Shown here: one piece after another, positions 58,945-64,000 of the stretch
How positions within the stretch are numbered: position 1 is the stretch's first letter
How the letters are laid out: each line of letters starts with the position of its first letter
Source of the DNA: Candidatus Bathyarchaeota archaeon
Lineage (GTDB): Archaea > Thermoproteota > Bathyarchaeia > TCS64
NCBI GenBank assembly: GCA_963769425.1
Contig: CAVYLP010000006.1
Span: forward strand, 672,001 to 736,000
Reading direction: 5' to 3'
Length of the DNA stretch: 64,000 nt
Notes under the pieces: generated by a model
Told to the model about the DNA's origin: nothing
Database searches by the model: none
Seen by the model: only the letters and a program-made list of their open reading frames with translations
Program-made: the position numbers and the translations under genes

Positions 58945-59181
58945 ATGGAGCGCGCAATAATACTAATCAAGGTAGACCCAAGAATCGAGAAGCAGGTCCT
59001 CGACGAAATCAGACACCTCCACGGCGTCAAGGAAGCCCACTACCTCTACGGCCCATACGACATAAGCGCGAAGATCGAGGTCAAGACCCTTGAGGACATG
59101 GAGGACCTCGTCCTCAACAGGATCAGGGAAATATACGGCGTCTCAACGACGATGACCTGCTACATTGCAGACGAGAGCTAG
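58945..59181 (+). CDS. Stand-alone Lrp/AsnC ligand-binding (RAM) domain protein
   Basis: GVKEAHYLYGPYDI.AKIE...IR.I.GV.TTMT pattern. Confidence 0.88.
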   Translation: MERAIILIKVDPRIEKQVLDEIRHLHGVKEAHYLYGPYDISAKIEVKTLEDMEDLVLNRIREIYGVSTTMTCYIADES

Positions 59182-60569
59182 CCGCACTTCTTCATGACAT
59201 ACTCATGAATCGCCCTAGCGGCCTTCTTCCCCGCCCCCATTGCGCTAATCACGGTCGCCGCCCCACTCACCACATCCCCGCCTGCGTAGACCCCCTCAAG
59301 GGTCGTCCCCATGGTCTCTTCATCCACGACAATCGTTCCGTGACGGCTCACCTCAAGACCCACCGTCGTCTGCTGGATGATGGGATTCGGGGATTGCCCA
59401 ACCGCGACCACCGCATTATCCACATCGATGAAGAAGTTCGACCCCTCAACAGGCACAGGCCTCCGCCTACCCGATGAGTCGGGTTCTCCTAGCTGCATCT
59501 TCACACACTCCATCTTCGACAGGTACCCCCGGGAGTCACCAACAAAACTCACCGGGTTCGTCAACAACTCGAAGACGACCCCCTCCTCCCTGGCGTTCTC
59601 AACCTCCTCATGCCGCGCCGGCAGCTCCTCCAGCCCCCTCCTGTAGACGATGTACACCTTCTCCGCGCCGAGCCTTAGTGCGCATCTCGCAGAGTCCATC
59701 GCCACGTTCCCGCCACCGATCACCGCAACCCTCTTCCCAACCTGAATAGGGGTCCGATACTCCGGGAACTTGTACGCCTTCATCAGATTGGTGCGAATCA
59801 GAAACTCGTTAGCGGAGTACACACCATTCAGGTTCTCACCGGGGACCTCCAGAAAGTTAGGGAGTCCAGCGCCGCTACCGATGAAGACGGCGTCGAAGCC
59901 GCCCCTCAGCAGCTCAGAGACGGTGGCGAGCCTCCCCACGGTAGAGTCAAGATGCATCCTTACACCAAGCCTCTTAACGTACTCAACCTCGGCCTGAACG
60001 ATCTCCTTGGGGAGCCTAAACTGGGGGATACCGTACATGAGCACCCCCCCCGCTTTGTGAAGGGACTCGTAGACGTCTACCTCGTGGCCGAGCTTCACAA
60101 GTTCCGCCGCAACGGTGAGTCCAGCCGGCCCGGAACCGACAACAGCTATACGCTTCCCGGTTTGGGAGGCGATCTCAGGCATCTCGACGCCGCTCTCCCT
60201 CTCCTGGTCTGAGACGAAGCGCTCGAGGCGCCCAATAGCCACCGGGTCCCCCCTTACCCCGAGAACGCAGCTCTTCTGGCACTGCTCCTCCTGGGGGCAG
60301 ACTCTGCCACAGATGGCTGGGAGCGCATTCATCTTCTTGATCCTGTGGGCGGCATCTATGATCTTCCCCTCCTTTACAAGGCGGATGAAGCCCGGTATGT
60401 CCACTCCGACGGGGCAACCAGGGACACACTGTGGCTTCGGGCAGGTGAGGCACCTAGATGCCTCTGCTGCCGCCATACCCTCGTCGTATCCACTCGCCAC
60501 CTCATCGAAGTTATGGGTCCTCTCCTCGGGACTCTGCTTCGGCATCTCAACCTGTGGGCCGATCGGCAT
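59178..60569 (-). CDS. nfnB: NfnB/SudA-like NADP-linked flavoprotein (GltD-like)
   Basis: EA.RC..C....C..GCP, CGRVCPQE.QC, GSGPAG, GGGNVAMD and AGGD motifs. Confidence 0.88.
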   Translation of the reverse strand: MPIGPQVEMPKQSPEERTHNFDEVASGYDEGMAAAEASRCLTCPKPQCVPGCPVGVDIPGFIRLVKEGKIIDAAHRIKKMNALPAICGRVCPQEEQCQKSCVLGVRGDPVAIGRLERFVSDQERESGVEMPEIASQTGKRIAVVGSGPAGLTVAAELVKLGHEVDVYESLHKAGGVLMYGIPQFRLPKEIVQAEVEYVKRLGVRMHLDSTVGRLATVSELLRGGFDAVFIGSGAGLPNFLEVPGENLNGVYSANEFLIRTNLMKAYKFPEYRTPIQVGKRVAVIGGGNVAMDSARCALRLGAEKVYIVYRRGLEELPARHEEVENAREEGVVFELLTNPVSFVGDSRGYLSKMECVKMQLGEPDSSGRRRPVPVEGSNFFIDVDNAVVAVGQSPNPIIQQTTVGLEVSRHGTIVVDEETMGTTLEGVYAGGDVVSGAATVISAMGAGKKAARAIHEYVMKKCG

Positions 60570-61420
60570 CAGACTACCCCCCTCTCCCTTAGGACCATCG
60601 CGATCTTCTCCTGAGGCGTGTAGTACCTCATCCTCGAGACGAGCTCATCGAAGTCGACAGCGTGGCCATCGAAATCGGGGCCGTTGACGCAGGCGAACCT
60701 TGTGTGCCCGCCAACGGTCACCCTACAGGCACCGCACATCCCGGTCCCGTCAACCATTATTGGGAATAGGCTGACAGTAGTCGGTATACCCAATGGCCTC
60801 GTTAGGTCGCAGACAAACCTCTGCATACTAGTTGATCCTATTGTGAAGACGTGGTCGAACCGCCTTTTAGCGAGGAGCCCTTTGAGGAGCCCGAAGCCCT
60901 CCCCGTCTTCAGCGACGATGGACTCGTCGCTCGCCTTCCTCGCTTCTTCGACCATGAAGAGCTGGTCAGGGGTCCTCGCCCCAATCACTGAGACGACCCT
61001 GTTCCCTGCTTCCTTGAGGGCCTTAACGAGGAAAACGTGAGCACCCACGAAAACGCCGTTAGCGACGCAGAGGACATCTCCGTATCCCTTTACCTCCGTC
61101 GGGTTCCCGAGGGGGCCCGAGAGGTTGAGGATACTGTCACCTACCTGGAGGGCTCCGAGCTGCTGCGACGAGGCCCCAACCTCTGCAATGTACAAAGTGA
61201 TAGTTCCCTTTCGGGGGTGTGTCCCACCGAGGGTTATCGGGATCCTCTCCCCCATTTCATCCACCCTGACGATGACGAACTGACCCGGCTTCGCCCGTTT
61301 CGAGACAGCATCCGCCTCGACCTCGAGCATCTTCACATTCGGGGTCATGGTCCGCTTCTTGACTATCTTGTAGGGCTGAGTGTTACTGAAGGGGGCGCTA
61401 CACTGCCCTTTATGGCTCAT
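60569..61420 (-). CDS. nfnA: NfnA/SudB-like flavoprotein with [2Fe-2S] cluster
   Basis: PGQFV, GERIP.T, GPLG and MVDGTGMCGACRV...ACVNGPDF motifs; glycine-rich NAD motif degenerate. Confidence 0.85.
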   Translation of the reverse strand: MSHKGQCSAPFSNTQPYKIVKKRTMTPNVKMLEVEADAVSKRAKPGQFVIVRVDEMGERIPITLGGTHPRKGTITLYIAEVGASSQQLGALQVGDSILNLSGPLGNPTEVKGYGDVLCVANGVFVGAHVFLVKALKEAGNRVVSVIGARTPDQLFMVEEARKASDESIVAEDGEGFGLLKGLLAKRRFDHVFTIGSTSMQRFVCDLTRPLGIPTTVSLFPIMVDGTGMCGACRVTVGGHTRFACVNGPDFDGHAVDFDELVSRMRYYTPQEKIAMVLRERGVV

Positions 61421-63582
61421 TTCTGGGTTCCTCCCTTCACCTGCAGGGCGTGGACCTCACGCCTGTTCAGGACACCCATCTTCCTGATCTTCTCAGTGAA
61501 CTCACCCATGAAGCCGGCGAACTCCCTCGGCATCCCGGCGCTACAGAAGAACATCTCAAGCCTTTCACCACCTACACCCAGTGTGTTGAGCGTCTTCTTC
61601 GCGGCGTCTACGCGCCTCTCCGCTAGGATGTTGCCGTCAACGTAGTGGCACTGTTCCTTCAAGCATCCCGCCACGACGACGCCGTCCGCACCCCTCTGGA
61701 AGGCTTCGAAGACGTGCTTGAAGTCTACCCTCCCGGAGCAGGGGACGAGGATGATCCTCACATTCACGGGGTAGTTGAGCCTCATCACCCCTGCGAAGTC
61801 CGCCGCCGCGTAGGAGCACCATCTACAGGCGAAGCATATGACAACCGGCTCAGCTTCCTTTCCCGGGTCGAGCCACCGCGTCGGGCTGAGGAGCCCGTCG
61901 ACTGCGGGGAGGAGCTGGTCGTCCTTGAAATACTTCAGCTGCATCGCTCCCATGGGGCACTCGACTGAGCAGACGCCGCAACCTTTGCAGGATGCCTCGT
62001 TTACCACGGGGAGACCTGTAGCGCCCCACTCTATGGCGTCGAATGGACAAGCACTAGCGCAAGCACCGCACCCAACGCACATCTCCTCGTCTAGAGTTGC
62101 CTTGACGGCTTCGGTCTTGACTTTCCCATTACTCATCGGGATCGCAGCCCTAGCCGCCGCCGCTAGGGCTTGACTGACGCTCTCGGAGACATTCTTAGGT
62201 CCGTGTGCCGTGCCGCAGAGGAAGATCCCGTCGGAGCTGAAGTCGACAGGCCTCATCTTCGGGTGTGCCTCGAGGAAGAAGCCGTCTGATGTTAACGGAA
62301 CACGCAGTACCTTCGCGAGGGCTCTCCCTTCCTCCCTCTGTATGAGTGGCGTTGAGAGAACCACAAGCCCCGCATCAATCACCGTCTCCGACCCGAGTAA
62401 GGGCTCGTAGACTGAGACAGTCGCACCCTCATTAGTAGGAGATACTTTCGGTGGCTTCTCCTGCTGGAATTTGACAAATCTTACTCCTCTCTTCAACGCT
62501 TCCTGGTAGGTAACCTCACCCTCGATGCCGTACGTCATGAGGTCCCTGTACATCATGTAGACCTCCGTCGAGGGATTCAGGTCAATGAGTTTCAACGCAT
62601 TCTTCACCGCCACGTCGCAGCAGATCCTGGAGCAGTAGACCCTCCCCCTATCCTCCATCGCCCCCACGCACAGGATCATAACGACCTTCTTCGGCGGAGT
62701 CACGGAGGCGCTCTTGAGCCTCTTCTCAAGCTCAAACTGAGTGATCACCGCCGGGGTCTCACCGAACATGTAGTACCCGGTCGGTGTCAGAGGCTCGGCA
62801 CCGGTGGCGACGATTATCGTCCCCACCTTCATACTCAGATCAGCGCCATCCTTATCGATCTCGACGTCAAAGTTCCCGAGGAATCCATCGACCCTCTTCA
62901 CCCTCGCTGAGGTGAGGAGTTGAACCTTGTCGCTCCCCCTGATCCTGTCTCCGAGGGTCTGGATGAGCTCCGACGCCTCCCTAACACCGGGGAAAAGTGT
63001 ATGCAGGTCCCTAAGCATACCCCCGGTCTCTTTTTCCTTCTCGACGAGAACGACATCGAAACCTTGCTCCGCCAACGAAAGTGACGCGGTCATCCCGGAG
63101 ACCCCCGCCCCGATTACCAAGGCTGAGGGCAGAACATCGATCTCCATCTCCTCCTCAGGTTCGAGGTGCGCCGCCTTGGAGACCGCCATCTGGACTAGAT
63201 ACTTCGCCTTCTCCGTCGCCGCATCCTTGTCTTTGTGGATCCAGGAGTCGTGCTCCCTGATGTTCACCATCTGGAAAAGGTACTTGTTAAGCCCGGCCTC
63301 CTCCACAGCCTCCCTGAATATGGGCTCATGGGTCCTCGGCGTGCAAGCTGCGACGATCACCCGTTCGAGTCGTTGCTCTTTTATGGCCTCCTTGATGTTC
63401 TTCAGCCCCTCCGAGGAGCAGGTGTGGATGTTCTCGCCGACGTAAGCGACGCCAGGTATCGTCCTCGCAAACTCTGCAACCTTCGGTACATTGACGACGC
63501 CCGCGATGTTTGTCCCGCAGTGACAGAGGAAGACCCCGACTCGAGGGTTCGAGGCTCCGCCCTTCTTCATTTTTTTCCTCAC
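61417..63582 (-). CDS. hdrA: HdrA-like flavoprotein fused to a C-terminal MvhD domain
   Basis: GVFLCHCG.NI, ACTP..HE, NIRE, GAG.SG, CSRICC and 2x[4Fe-4S] motifs, then MvhD-type C.WCSY.AAD, PCSGR, GC....CHY..GN. Confidence 0.92.
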   Translation of the reverse strand: MRKKMKKGGASNPRVGVFLCHCGTNIAGVVNVPKVAEFARTIPGVAYVGENIHTCSSEGLKNIKEAIKEQRLERVIVAACTPRTHEPIFREAVEEAGLNKYLFQMVNIREHDSWIHKDKDAATEKAKYLVQMAVSKAAHLEPEEEMEIDVLPSALVIGAGVSGMTASLSLAEQGFDVVLVEKEKETGGMLRDLHTLFPGVREASELIQTLGDRIRGSDKVQLLTSARVKRVDGFLGNFDVEIDKDGADLSMKVGTIIVATGAEPLTPTGYYMFGETPAVITQFELEKRLKSASVTPPKKVVMILCVGAMEDRGRVYCSRICCDVAVKNALKLIDLNPSTEVYMMYRDLMTYGIEGEVTYQEALKRGVRFVKFQQEKPPKVSPTNEGATVSVYEPLLGSETVIDAGLVVLSTPLIQREEGRALAKVLRVPLTSDGFFLEAHPKMRPVDFSSDGIFLCGTAHGPKNVSESVSQALAAAARAAIPMSNGKVKTEAVKATLDEEMCVGCGACASACPFDAIEWGATGLPVVNEASCKGCGVCSVECPMGAMQLKYFKDDQLLPAVDGLLSPTRWLDPGKEAEPVVICFACRWCSYAAADFAGVMRLNYPVNVRIILVPCSGRVDFKHVFEAFQRGADGVVVAGCLKEQCHYVDGNILAERRVDAAKKTLNTLGVGGERLEMFFCSAGMPREFAGFMGEFTEKIRKMGVLNRREVHALQVKGGTQK

Positions 63583-64000
63583 CTTTTCATCGCCCTCCTC
63601 ATGACCTCCGCACTCATGGCGGTAGCCCCACTAGCCTCCGCTATCGTGTCGGGGATGTCCTTCGGACCCTGTGAGTAACCGCAGACGAAGACACCCTCCT
63701 TCGTAGTCGCCAGAGGCGAAAGCATGTGGTCGGGTTGGACGAAGAAGTCATGCTCATCAAGCTCGACCCCGAGAATCTCCGCCAGCCTCCTGTTGTCGCG
63801 GCTCGGAGTGAGGGCGGTGCAAAGGACAAGGAGGTCGACGCGTTTCAGTTTAATCTCCCCCGTCGAGGTGTCCTCATACCAGAAGGAGAGACTACCATCC
63901 CGCGGCTCCTCCCTCACCTCCGCAGGCTTCCCCCTGATGTACTCTACCCCGTACTCATCCCTCGCCCTGTTCACGAACTCCCTGAACCCCTTGCCGAAGG
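63579..64000 (-). CDS. hdrA: HdrA-like protein, C-terminal part (5' end outside window)
   Basis: FGKGF.EF, YIRGKPAE, DL.VL and GVF.CG..QGPKDIP..IA.ASG motifs. Confidence 0.85.
   Translation of the reverse strand, partial: FGKGFREFVNRARDEYGVEYIRGKPAEVREEPRDGSLSFWYEDTSTGEIKLKRVDLLVLCTALTPSRDNRRLAEILGVELDEHDFFVQPDHMLSPLATTKEGVFVCGYSQGPKDIPDTIAEASGATAMSAEVMRRAMKR

Noticed and set aside
735-63829. Numerous overlapping antisense or alternate-frame ORFs in the track (e.g. 989-1585, 2347-2991, 13273-14067, 28493-29284, 45934-46656)
   Set aside because: They are shadows of well-supported genes in GC-rich sequence and have no recognisable motifs.
61417-64000. Selenocysteine recoding in HdrA/MvhD
   Set aside because: No in-frame TGA; the relevant positions are Cys.
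1-64000. tRNA or rRNA genes
   Set aside because: No cloverleaf with a T-loop consensus or rRNA-like segment was recognised in any intergenic gap; a tRNAscan-SE/Infernal run would be decisive.

Overview
This is a gene-dense archaeal chromosomal window, most likely from a TACK archaeon of the Bathyarchaeia type. That assignment is an inference from PolD DP1/DP2 together with Elf1, Alba, RPA, Sec61beta, GGGPS, HdrA-MvhD and frequent TTG/GTG starts. Layout: replication and housekeeping genes (0.5-19 kb); peptide, amino-acid and sugar scavenging genes (19-37 kb); cysS and a his operon (37.7-47.1 kb); surface and membrane proteins (48-52.5 kb); an AT-rich island with a HEPN-like/wHTH module and a truncated solo cas1 (53.9-56.6 kb); a DEAD-box helicase; and an hdrA-hdrA/mvhD-nfnA-nfnB operon running off the right edge. 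The strongest unexplained signal is a cluster of the palindrome GTGATATCAC, with 4 perfect copies and many degenerate ones between about 11.2 and 13.2 kb. The copies sit inside nadE and hypF coding sequence in different reading frames. They are centred on an uncharacterised 152-aa HTH-like gene, coincide with a local AT-rich dip, and lie between the divergently oriented PolD genes. This suggests a chromosome-organising (centromere-, origin- or ter-like) protein-site system. Other leads are a structured 5' leader before hisG, the HEPN/cas1 island and a degenerate NfnA. Several 1-2 bp frameshifts in otherwise intact genes (DUF2070, HAD, hisA, 49 kb, 52.3 kb) look like assembly errors. I found no tRNA, rRNA or CRISPR array. 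All family calls are from motif recognition by eye; no database search was run.
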